A stretch of DNA of 64,000 bases from Eledone cirrhosa (Eukaryota). The notes below the pieces were generated by a model, which did no database searches, was not told the DNA's origin, and saw nothing but the letters and a program-made list of their open reading frames with translations. This document shows positions 16,085 through 26,842 of the stretch, one piece after another; positions within the stretch are counted from its first letter, which is position 1, and each line of letters begins with the position of its first letter. The stretch is taken from positions 194,804,001 to 194,868,000 of the forward strand of contig OZ024742.1 in assembly GCA_964016885.1 (NCBI GenBank), in the 5' to 3' direction. Made by a program: the position numbers and the translations under genes.

Positions 16085-16562
16085 TATATACGTACATACA
16101 TATATGTATACAGATGTACAGTAGTATATATGTATATATATATACATACATGCACATATATATATATATGTACGTATGGATCACCGAACATTTATTATAA
16201 TGCTCGGTGTGTTTGTAAACAAACATCCCGAATTAAGCCGTACAGTGTCTAGCAACCACCGTTGGTCATTTGTTCAACACTGACAAAGGAACGCTGTACT
16301 AGTTTCAAGCTTATTAGCTATCGTCAGCAACGTATACCTTCCTGCCAGATGATTGAACGTCTGAAAGTATATACTTTCCTTATGCATATTAACGGCTGAG
16401 CAGCCTCATTTGCATATCGAGTGAGTTAATCGGCCGGGGCACCGAAAACGATAAACGGAAAAAATGAAACGAAATTCCATTTCTCACTCTTAGTACGGCT
16501 GTTACTTAAATATAAGTATGTATACGTAGTATACGTATAAATATAAGTATGTATACGTAGTA
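16085..16562 (-). mobile_element. Single copy of the non-coding hammerhead-containing unit (family B, as at 22091-23362)
   Basis: Near-identical to the 22.1-23.4 kb units. Confidence 0.85.
16291..16333 (-). ncRNA. Type I minimal hammerhead ribozyme
   Basis: ACGUUG-CUGACGA-UAGCU AAUA AGCUU-GAAA-CUAG-UA-CAGCGU: 6-bp stem I, complete core, 4-bp stem II and palindromic stem III. Confidence 0.85.
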
Positions 16563-16574
16563 TAGATAGACAAC

Positions 16575-17925
16575 TTGCAGATTTTTCTTTATATTCGTAA
16601 AAGAGCATTTATGATTATTAAAACGCTCCTTAAAATCTGTTTAAAATTAGTTTTTACATTACAATTATATACTATATTTTTAACTAAGCAATTGTTATTT
16701 AACGGACAGTTAGATTTATTTCTACAGTTACGTTTATCAAAATTTGAGTTTCTATGTGTCGTATTATTCAGTTGGATATTGCTGGGGTTATTAATGGTAT
16801 TCTGGTTAGGTTTTAAGTTTCTATTATTTAATTCTATTGATATTCTGTCCTAAATTACTGGTGGTTGAATAAGTTAATTTTCTCGTATGTCTATTAAATA
16901 TTGAGTAATACCTGTGTTCTAGGGAAGCATTTATCTAGAGCTTTAAAGAATAATTTAGCAATAGGAGTTTTATTACTTAATGAGAAAGGAGGAGCGAACC
17001 ATAATATATTCCTAGTTCTATTTCTTTTTTGTTTTCCGAATTATTGTAAGGTTTTCTATTATAGTTGTTAAAATTAGAGTTATTTGTCATAATATTACTA
17101 TCAATGTATTTAATTTTATTGCTATATCCCGCTCTACCTATCGCATCGTTATAATATTGCGCTTTATCTTCAAAAATATTCTTATTAGCTGAAATTCTAG
17201 AAATACGTTGCTGCACGGAGTTTACTATAGTGTTTTTAACGGATCTGGGGTGATTTGAATTAAAATTAACGTAGTTTAAATTCTCGTCTATTTTGTGAAA
17301 TGGATAATAAAGACCTGTGTTAAGGTTTAAAGTTACATCTAGAAAGTTAACTATTTTATAGTTATTCTGTATTTCTACTTCAAGATTAAGGTAATTAAAA
17401 AATTGTATAATTTCTTTTCTTTTCCTATTTATTTCACAGTTATTATTATTTTCTATAAGTAATAGCATATCGTCGCGATATAAACCTCCGGTCATCTCCG
17501 GTATTTTTCTATGTAGAGTATTATTAACAAAAAGCCCCACAAGATCTGTTACCTGGGCGGAATCCGATGACCCCATAGTGATATCGAAATTATTATCTCT
17601 GTCCGCTCTAGTCTAGTCCAGAGGTGGTTGTTAAATTTAATTAATGTTTTCTGTGAAGTTAAGATAATGCGCATTTCATTACTAGTTAAGTCTGTATGTT
17701 TAAATGCATATGTTAGGGCTTTGTTAAGTAGATTAGGAGTGATGGATGAGTAATAATTAGCAATATCCAATTGAATAAACTTATTATTATAGTTATAGTT
17801 AATGTCTTTAAACCAGTCGATAACTTCGTTAGTTCCTTTCCACAATTGTAAATAAGATAATTCTTTAATTTATGGTATGATTCTGTCTAAAATGTTCTTG
17901 CTAAGTATGCCAAGGTCCGATTTAG
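16575..17925 (-). pseudogene. Penelope-like element RT fragment (Naiad-type), the inverted 5' part of the element
   Basis: FIQLDIANYYSSI, MGSSDSAQVTDLVG, GGLYRDDML, VNFLDVTLNL and SNHP, with IIWFAPPF in a shifted frame. Frameshifts and stops present. Confidence 0.85.
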
Positions 17926-20160
17926 ATGGTGCAATCAATCCAACTGGTAATTCAATTTCAAAATTCCTTGTATGGTCCTTCAACTTCTCTATCTAATTTA
18001 CTATGGGACCTAAAATCAAAGAACACTAACTATTCCTTACTTTGGAATATTATCTCTAGAACTCCCCCATTCAATGCTTCTTCTGAAAATGGTGCTCTTT
18101 GTATAGAGGAAATATTCTTTATATTAAAAAGTAAAAATTCTATTAATTTAAGAAGCAATCTTTTCAGTTCTTGCAAACATAGATTGAACTCAACGTTTAA
18201 ATATATATATAAATTGTAATACATAACTCATCTCTATTAAACCTATCGATAATTTATTGGATTCCTTCATATGATTGCTTGAGGACATTTTTTCTTGAGG
18301 AACTTTTCTTGATGCATGCACTGAAAAATTTGAAGAGAGGCTTTTTCTGATATTCCTATGAAGTAATTCATAATTTAAATTATAATTAATATTTTATATT
18401 GAATATATTGTTATATATCTTTCTAATGCTTCATGTATGTATATATATATATTTATGCATATATGTGTAGGTGTGTATGTGTATATATCAGGGTGTTTAT
18501 ATATATATATTAGAAATTTATACTTTAAATGTATTCTACAGATGTACTCTTGTGAAAGATTTTTTTATGGTTTATGCTTTGGATATATTCCAACGTATGA
18601 ATTTTTTGAATTTTTTAAATGTTAACACGTTATAAAAAAAATGTTGGTTTTAACAGTCATAACCGGATGACAGGTTGAGTTATGATTTTATAACTTGATA
18701 TAAAATAACATAAAATTCATGCTCTAATTACACTATTAAGATGGATAATTAAATTTTTTTTTAACATCTTAACTTTATAACATTTAGCTTTATAACATTT
18801 AATCCTTAGAGCTATCTTAATAATTATTATTGGATCGCTAGCAATTTCCTTTACGCTCTACTGCTATTATATATAAGTAATTATTCTTCGGTAAACTTTC
18901 AGAAATTCCATGAGCTTAGAAATATTCGAATATTTTAAACTTAAAATTTTTTTATAATAATTAATTAATTAATTAATTAATAATAATAAAATTATATTTG
19001 GTTTAATAATAACATATTTTTTAATAATATATATTCTTTAATAATAATATATAGGTCTCAACTTTAATAATATAACATAAACATTTAAACATTTAAACAT
19101 TTAAACTACGGATTGAATTGATAAATTATTAATTAAACATTTAATCAAATTTATTAATTAAACATTAAATAAATTCTTCAACTTAGCTTTATCCATGTTT
19201 ATTAGTATCTGTTATTGGTTGTTATTAGTATTCATCTACGCTATGTTTTTTCTTCGCATCTTCCCTCAAAATTACGCTATTCTCTCTCACTATAATATAC
19301 TCAGATTTCTCTCTTTCTTTCTTTCGTTGTTTCCCTATTCCAACGGCTTAATTTAAATATACTGTTTTTAATAATATATATTCTTTAATAATATAATTTT
19401 TAATAATATATATTCTCGAATAATAATATAATATAACATACACATTTAAACATTTAAACTACGGATTGAATTGATAAATTATTAATTAAACATTTAATCA
19501 AAATTATTAATTAAACATTATTAATTAGACATTAGATAAATTCTTCAACTTAACTTTATTATTGTTTTTATCCACCTTTTTATTAGTATCTGTTATTAGT
19601 TGGTATTCATCCACACTATATATTTTTTATTAGTATCTGTTATTAGTTGTTATCATTGATTTATCCATCTTACGGTATTCATCCACTCTATATTTATTTT
19701 CTTCGTCTCTTCTCTCAAAATTACGCTATTCTCTCTCACTAAAATATACTCAGGTGTCTCTCTTTCTTTCTTTCCTTCCTTCGTTTTTTCTGTTTCTTTT
19801 CTTTTTCCCTATTCCAACGGATTAATTTAAATATACTGTTTTAAAACTTTCCAACACTAATTTGCATAATAAACCAAAAATAAATCTAATAACTCCACTA
19901 TCCAGGAGATTCCAACCAGAATGGTTGCATTTTTTAAGGGTATGTCAATATTTATTTATAAAACTAACCTATATTATATTTTATCTGATGAAAGCGCACC
20001 ATAGTTTGATCTGGTGGCCCTTGAAATATGTATAATGAAATAAATATAGTTTCCATTTGTTAATATATTGTATATTTACTCCAATAATTTGTGGAGTGCT
20101 TTATATCAGTTATAAAAATATTTAGCTTGTTGTATCACAACAAATTAAATATAACCTCTA
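17926..20160 (+). mobile_element. 3' part of a Penelope-like element: GIY-YIG C-terminus, long AT-rich 3' region with tandem duplication, and hammerhead
   Basis: STSLSNLLWDLK..WNII..LCIEEIFFIL..INLRSNLFSSCKHR (17926-18219), homologous to the 58886 ORF. Direct repeat at about 19020-19365 and 19366-19845. Ends at (TA)n. Confidence 0.7.
19968..20052 (+). ncRNA. Type I hammerhead ribozyme motif
   Basis: UAUUUUAU-CUGAUGA-AAGCGCACCA..UGGUGGCCCUU-GAAA-UAUGUA-UA-AUGAAAUA. Confidence 0.7.
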
Positions 20161-20255
20161 CATCTATATATCTACATATATATCTATATATATATATACA
20201 AGTTCGGATAATGTAGAATGTTTGCTTTTGCCAATATTGTCTAAGAAACTAGTAT

Positions 20256-20290
<35 letters not shown>

Positions 20291-20659
20291 TGTTATACTT
20301 TGGGAGGGTCACGCTTCCAATAAACCACACGCACCTGTTGGTTTTCACTTTAATTTATTACACATTTCCAGTTGGTTAGTTTAATAACCGGATGGTTGTT
20401 TATATTTTTATTGTTAAAGATCTTTCGTCACACATTCTGTGACTTTCTGGGTGACTAATTTGTTATTTTGTGTCTCTCCTTTGTTCGGTCTTAAAGAAAA
20501 CATGTGATGCGCAAAGGGAAAAATATAGCCTGGTTTTAACCGCTCCAGATGGATGGTGAGTAAGACAGCAAACCAAAGAAAAAGTCCAAAGTTATGTAAT
20601 ATGAGAGGCGACATGTCGTGGTAAATAGTTTATGTCTAAAACCTGTCTCAAGCCAGGAT

Positions 20660-20915
20660 ACTCATCAGGCCGGTAATTACCCCGGCTTCGTGGCGTGAAA
20701 CGTCTGATAGCACAAGATTCCCTCGGTACAGGGCATCAGTCTATCACAGGCTTAAACCCCCAGTTTTTGTTGATACTCATTTTCAGCTGAGTATACTAGA
20801 GCAATGTGAAATAAAACTATTTTGCTGAAGAGCACAAAACACAACCCAGCCAAGGTATCGAAACCTCGACATTATGGTTGTAAGTCCAAAGCAATTACCA
20901 TAAGGCCACGCACCT
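20660..20915 (-). mobile_element. Degenerate tRNA-derived SINE
   Basis: The minus strand begins CGTGGCCTTATGGTAA..GGTTTCGATACC (A/B boxes), followed by a core-like GTGCTCTTCAGCAA..TTTCACATTGCTC..CTCAGCTG. Confidence 0.6.
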
Positions 20916-21512
20916 CCACACTAAACAGCTACCAAAAACATATAATACTATAAAGAATGTAAAACCAATCTAAACCTGTAAAATCATACCCAACCATGTT
21001 AAATATGTCAACTAAACCAAAACCTATTACGCCAACACGAGGCACGCATAATATGAATATAAATTTCTCCAGCAGATATTTCATACGCAAAATTTATATG
21101 AGATCTATTTTCCACGTTGTACTAAGCGTGTAGGCATCATTAATGATGGATAAAATATCATGAAACAAGTATCTGTCGTTATAATACGACTAATGATATA
21201 GCTATGATGTGATCACAACATAAAATTTCATACTGAGATTATGTTTAATATGCATAAAGCTATTGAATGTGCATTCATATGAGCCAATAATATATATATA
21301 TGTGTGTATGTGTGTGACTGTGTGTGTGTGTGTGTGTGTGTGCGTGTGTGTGTGTATGTGTGTGTGTGTGTGTGTGTGTCTATGTGTGTATACATACATG
21401 TATATAAAGAATATGTATATATATATTTATTTATTTATTTATATACATATATAAAATAATAATGTTATTTATTGCTCTAGCACAGATGGTACGTAAAAGT
21501 AACTATGCTTAC

Positions 21513-21568
<56 letters not shown>

Positions 21569-21584
21569 TAAAATAACAGATTAA

Positions 21585-21635
21585 AGTTTAAGCAAAGAAT
21601 CGCTGCTTTCACCCTTAACGGGATCTTTTGAAACT
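21585..21635 (-). ncRNA. Degenerate hammerhead motif (core CUGA mutated to CAAA)
   Basis: AGUUU-CAAAAGA-UCCC GUUAA GGGU-GAAA-GCAG..UUGC-UU-AAACU. All three stems are intact but the core is mutated. Confidence 0.5.
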
Positions 21636-21733
21636 AACAAATTCAATCTGTGAACGCAGAAGTCAATATTTCAAAAAACGTTGCAGCCAGAGGAAGACAG
21701 GAAGACGATACTTTGGTTCGTGGAAACTTTCCC

Positions 21734-21992
21734 TGGCATAGAACGGGAAAAAACGAATATAATACGTCATTATTTGGAGCGGTGAAAAACAATTACACGC
21801 AAAGACAAAACCACGTTAATAGTATAAAAGAAGTCGTAGACTAATATTCTATTAGGTGGTTCATAGAGACGTTCTCTGGCAATGAACGGAAAAAATGAAG
21901 ATAATACGTCATATGTGGAGCGTGGAGAACAATTTCACGCATAGACAAAACCACGTAAATGGTATAATTGAAGTCGTAGACTAAAATTCTAA
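21734..21992. repeat. Two diverged direct repeats of about 120-145 bp
   Basis: TGGCA..GAACGG..ATAATACGTCAT..GACAAAACCACG..GAAGTCGTAGACTAA occurs twice. Confidence 0.85.
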
Positions 21993-22272
21993 CTAGGAAA
22001 CCGAATGATTCTCGGCATCAGAGTTAAGAATAAAGTAAATAAAATACAGAGGTAATTGAAAATTATATATATATATATTTATGTATATATAAATATAAGT
22101 ATGTATACGTACATACATATATGTATATACATATATGTACACATATATATATGTACGTATGGATTCACCGAACTTTATTATAATGCTCGGTGTGTTTGTA
22201 AACAAACATGCCGAATTAAGCCGTACAGTGTCTAGCAACCATCGTTGCTCATTTGTTCAACACTGACAAGGA

Positions 22273-22315
22273 ACGCTGTACTAGTTTCAAGCTTATTAGC
22301 TATCGTCAGCAACGT
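22273..22315 (-). ncRNA. Type I minimal hammerhead ribozyme
   Basis: Same motif as 16291-16333. Confidence 0.85.
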
Positions 22316-23109
22316 ATACCTTCCTGCCAGATGATTGAACGTCTAAAAGAATATACTTTCCTTATGCATATTAACGGCTGAGCAGCCTAATTTGCATATA
22401 GAGTGAGTTAATCGGCCGGGGCACAGAAAACGATAAACGGAAAAATGAAACGAAATTTCATTTCTCACTCTTAGTACGGCTGTTACTTAAATATAAGTAT
22501 GTATACGTACATACATATATGTATACAGACGCACAGTAGTATGCATATATATACATACATGCACACATATATATATATGTACGTATAGACTCACCGAACA
22601 TTTATTATAATGCTCGGTGTGTTTGTAAACAAACATCCCGAATTAAGCCGTGCAGTGTCTAGCAACCATCGTTGCTCATTTGTTCAACACTGACAAAGGA
22701 ATGCTGTACTAGTTTCAAGCTTATTGGCTATCGTCATTGAACAAATGAGCAACGACGCTTGCTAGACACTGTACGGCTTAATTCGGATGTTTGTTTAAAA
22801 ACACACCGAGCATTATAATAAATGTTCGGTGAATCTATACGTACATATATATATGTGTGCATGTATGTATATATATATGCATACTACTGTGCGCCTGTAT
22901 ACATATATGTATGTACGTATACATACTTATATTTAAGTAACAGCCGTATTAACAATGAGAAATGAAATTTCGTTTCATTTTTTTCGTTTATCGTTTTCGG
23001 TGCGCCCGGCCGATTAACTCACTCGATATGCAAATTAGGCCGCTCAGCCGTTAATATGCATAAGGAAAGTATATGCTTTCAGACGTTCAATCATCTGGCA
23101 GGAAGGTAT

Positions 23110-23152
23110 ACTTTGCTGACGATAGCTAATAAGCTTGAAACTAGTACAGCGT
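23110..23152 (+). ncRNA. Type I minimal hammerhead ribozyme (inverted copy)
   Basis: ACUUUG-CUGACGA-UAGCUAAUAAGCUU-GAAA-CUAG-UA-CAGCGU, with one stem I mismatch. Confidence 0.8.
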
Positions 23153-23825
23153 TCCTTTGTCAGTGTTGAACAAGTGAGCAACGATGGTTGCTAGACACTG
23201 TACGGCTTAATTCGGGATGTTTGTTTACAAACACACCGAGCACTATGATAAATGTTCGGTGAATCCATACGTATATATATATATATGTGCATGTATGTAT
23301 ATATATATACATACTACTGTACGTCTGTATACATATATGTATGTACGTGTACATACTTATATGAAAGATATATATATATTTATATATATATATATATATA
23401 TGTATTATATATATATATATATATATATATTCTATAGTACAGCGATAGGAGACTGATTTTTTTAATAACTGTTTTTCTCTCGTTGGCTGAGAGCTTGTGG
23501 CAGAAACTATTTGAATTTCGTCTCTTGCCGTCACGTACAATTCTGAACCAAAGGCCAATCGACTTAGGGCATTGTGAAGACTCGTAGGGATTTCAGTTGC
23601 CAATAACTTATCGTGTTGACCGTCACATTCTGTCATAGCCGACTGGAATCGAATTCTGTCGATTGATTGGTTATTGATTAGATGAAACCCGCTGATGAAG
23701 CTACATTTATGTGTGTGTGTGTGTGTATGTGTGAGTGTGTGTATGTATGTGTGTGTATATATATAAAGTCTCGAACTAGCTGTTGAAAAGGCAAGAGTTC
23801 AGCCGTCGTGTCTCGACACCTTATC

Positions 23826-23912
<87 letters not shown>

Positions 23913-24005
23913 CATATGTATAAGTATGTTCATATATATATATTTCCAAGGCTCTGAATCCATAAACAGCAAAAACACAGAGCTGGGATATCTAAGAACT
24001 GACTA

Positions 24006-24061
24006 ACTGCCTGATGAGGTCATAGCGATTCAATGAGTATCATCGAAATATATATAGCAGT
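24006..24061 (+). ncRNA. Type I hammerhead ribozyme motif in a short island between (TA)n tracts
   Basis: ACUGC-CUGAUGA-(weak stem II)-GAAA-UAUAUA-UA-GCAGU, followed by AATAAA. Confidence 0.75.
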
Positions 24062-24127
24062 AAATAAAGGATTATGATTTCATGCAATTGACTTATGTTT
24101 CGTAACTATATATAATATGTATATATA

Positions 24128-24217
<90 letters not shown>

Positions 24218-24505
24218 AATCAAAAAAGAAGAGTGACATAGTTTGCTATACAATAAGAGCTTTATTCACGTTGCTGACAATATAATACTACCCAAGCGTT
24301 AATACTATCCACTACTCGGAGTACCCTAACTGGACTACATCTAAGTGGACTACCTATAACAATAATTTGTTACCCCGTATATATATATATATATATATAT
24401 ATGAACATACTTATACATATGCATGTATATATACACATATATATATATATGATAAGGATTCGAGACATAACGACTTAGCTCTTGCCGTATATATATATAT
24501 ATATA

Positions 24506-24892
24506 TATTAATAAGAGGAATTCCAACTTTGTCTGATTTACTCGTTTTATTTACAATCCTTTAAAAGTTATAATGGTATTATAATGAAATAGTATGATAG
24601 AATATTAAATTCTAAGTGTTAATTGAACAAGTACTTTCATGCTTTCGCAATCTTGAGGTTCATAATATGTGGTGACAGTCAAGTTTGCAATTTTCAACTG
24701 TTGAAAATTGCAAACTTGACTGTCACCACATATTATGAACCTGAAGATTGCGAAAGTATGAAAGTACTTGTTCAATTAACACTTAGAATTTAATATTCTA
24801 TCATACTATTTCATTATAATACCATTATAACTTTTAAAGGATTGTAAATAAAACGAGTAAATCAGACAAAGTTGGAATTCCTCTTATTAATA
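24506..24892. repeat. Near-perfect 387-bp palindrome centred at 24699 (family D)
   Basis: ..TTTGCAATTTTCAAC T GTTGAAAATTGCAAA..; the arms match to the ends with very few mismatches. Confidence 0.95.
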
Positions 24893-24958
24893 TAATCTTC
24901 TATACACAATCATACACACCCGTGCATATTTATCTATCTATATATATATATATATATA

Positions 24959-26227
24959 TACATTATGAAGAGAGAAGAAACATTTAGATACAATTAGTAA
25001 TAAGATGTATCATACCTAAACTGCTTCTAGATTCCTCGACTACGTAGTTTCGTGGCATAATCAAAAACAATACATCATAGAGATATAGAGCTTTTGCGAG
25101 GTCTGCCGACTTATCAAGAGGATACCTCGTTTTACTAGCCTCAAGAACACGTCTATATGATGTGAGATAGAATCCCAAAAGGGGGAGGGGGAGTCAGTCA
25201 CGTGATACAACGGTCAAGAAACAGAGCTAAGCCCCTTATAACCCCGAAAAAAATACCACGGAGGCGGAGGGGGTATTTATATCGAAGCCGTAGAAGAGGT
25301 GGTTAAGGAGGGAGAAGTATGAGTAATGGCAGCTTTCCAGCAGTCACTACACTTCAAAGATTACTCGACCAGAGGGAGTTATAAACAATATATTGAAAAA
25401 CACACAGATACATTCGGACACACACATATACATGAATATATCCACATCCATCCTTGAGTTAATGGTGCCAACCTTAACCGATGTTGCTCTATGAATACCT
25501 GGGACAAACCAATCCGAATGGATTAGACTGAACCAGTATCAGAGCTAAAAGTACATTATGAAGAGAGAAGAAACATTTAGATATAATTAGTAATAAGATG
25601 TATCATACCTAAACTGCTTCTAGATTCCTCGACTACGTAGTTTTATAACTCCCTCTGGTCGAGTAATCTTTGAAGTGTAGTGACTGCTGGAAAGCTGCCA
25701 TTACTCATACTTCTCGCTTCCTTAACCACCTCTTCTACGGCTTCGATATAAATACCCCCTCCGCCTCCGTAGTATTTTTTTCGGGGTTATAAGGGGCTTA
25801 GCTCTGTTTCTTGACCGTTGTATCACGTGACTGACTCCCCCTCCGCCTTTTGGGATTCTATCTCACATCATATAGACGTGTTCTTGAGGCTAGTAAAACG
25901 AGGTATCCTCTTGATAAGTCGGCAGACCTCGCAAAAGCTCTATATCTCTATGATGTATTGTTTTTGATTATGCCACGAAACTACGTAGTCGAGGAATGTA
26001 GAAGCAGTTTAGGTATGATACATCTTATTACTAATTATATCTAAATGTTTCTTCTCTCTTCATAATGTACTTTTAGCTCTGATACTGGTTCAGTCTAATC
26101 CATTCGGATTGGTTTGTCCCAGTTATTCATAGAGTAACATCGGTTAAGGTTGGCACCATTAACTCAAGGATGGATGTGGATATATGTATATGTGTGTGTC
26201 CGCATGTATCTGTGTGTTTCTCAATAT

Positions 26228-26232
<5 letters not shown>
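24959..26232. mobile_element. Family C: about 593-bp monomer plus partial tandem copy, followed by one inverted, circularly permuted monomer
   Basis: CATTATGAAGAGAG at 24961 and 25554, with the flip at about 25642. Flanked by (TA)n. Contains the hammerhead-like 3' half CGAAACTACGTAGTCGAG. Confidence 0.85.
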
Positions 26233-26296
<64 letters not shown>

Positions 26297-26629
26297 TATG
26301 TGTTTGTGTGTGGGGTGTAATCCATAACATGCATAGTTAAAGCTTGAAGAAGAAGACGAATATAATTGATATCGTCCGTAAAGAAATGGGATATGTATTA
26401 GTAAACTTTACAGTTTTCTGACGACATATTTCCAAATAGATGATGTCTATTTGAAGTATTCCTGTTACCTGCAGCTTCAATATCGTGGTATACAAATATG
26501 TCATATCATTTACCATTCACATATTAATATTTACCGGAATACAATTATGCATGTTATTCTGAATTCAAGAGTTTTAAATGTATCAGTTTCGGAATACCAG
26601 TTCACTCTGATATAATCTACTACAATAGC

Positions 26630-26649
26630 AACTACTACTGCTACTACTA

Positions 26650-26707
<58 letters not shown>

Positions 26708-26797
26708 CAGCACCACCACTGCTACCGCCACCTCTACTAATAGTACTACTACTACTAATTCTATTACTATTACTACTACTACTACTACTACTACTAC

Positions 26798-26841
<44 letters not shown>

Positions 26842-26842
26842 T
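26630..26842. repeat. (ACT)n/(ACC)n/(AAT)n compound microsatellite
   Basis: Directly visible. Confidence 0.97.

Larger units (their letters stand above)
22091..23362. mobile_element. Family B: about 1.5 tandem monomers (about 400-430 bp) followed by about 1.5 inverted monomers; retrozyme or PLE pLTR-like
   Basis: The unit restarts at about 22489 and the orientation flips at 22736/22737. No coding capacity. Confidence 0.85.

Noticed and set aside
21734-23362. CRISPR-like or LTR-retrotransposon interpretation of the repeats
   Set aside because: No short repeat-spacer periodicity, cas genes, TG..CA LTR ends, PBS or gag-pol.
24984-26044. Duplicated 64-aa ORF MGFYLTSY.. as a small gene
   Set aside because: TTG start and no recognisable motif; the duplication is explained by the inverted repeat.
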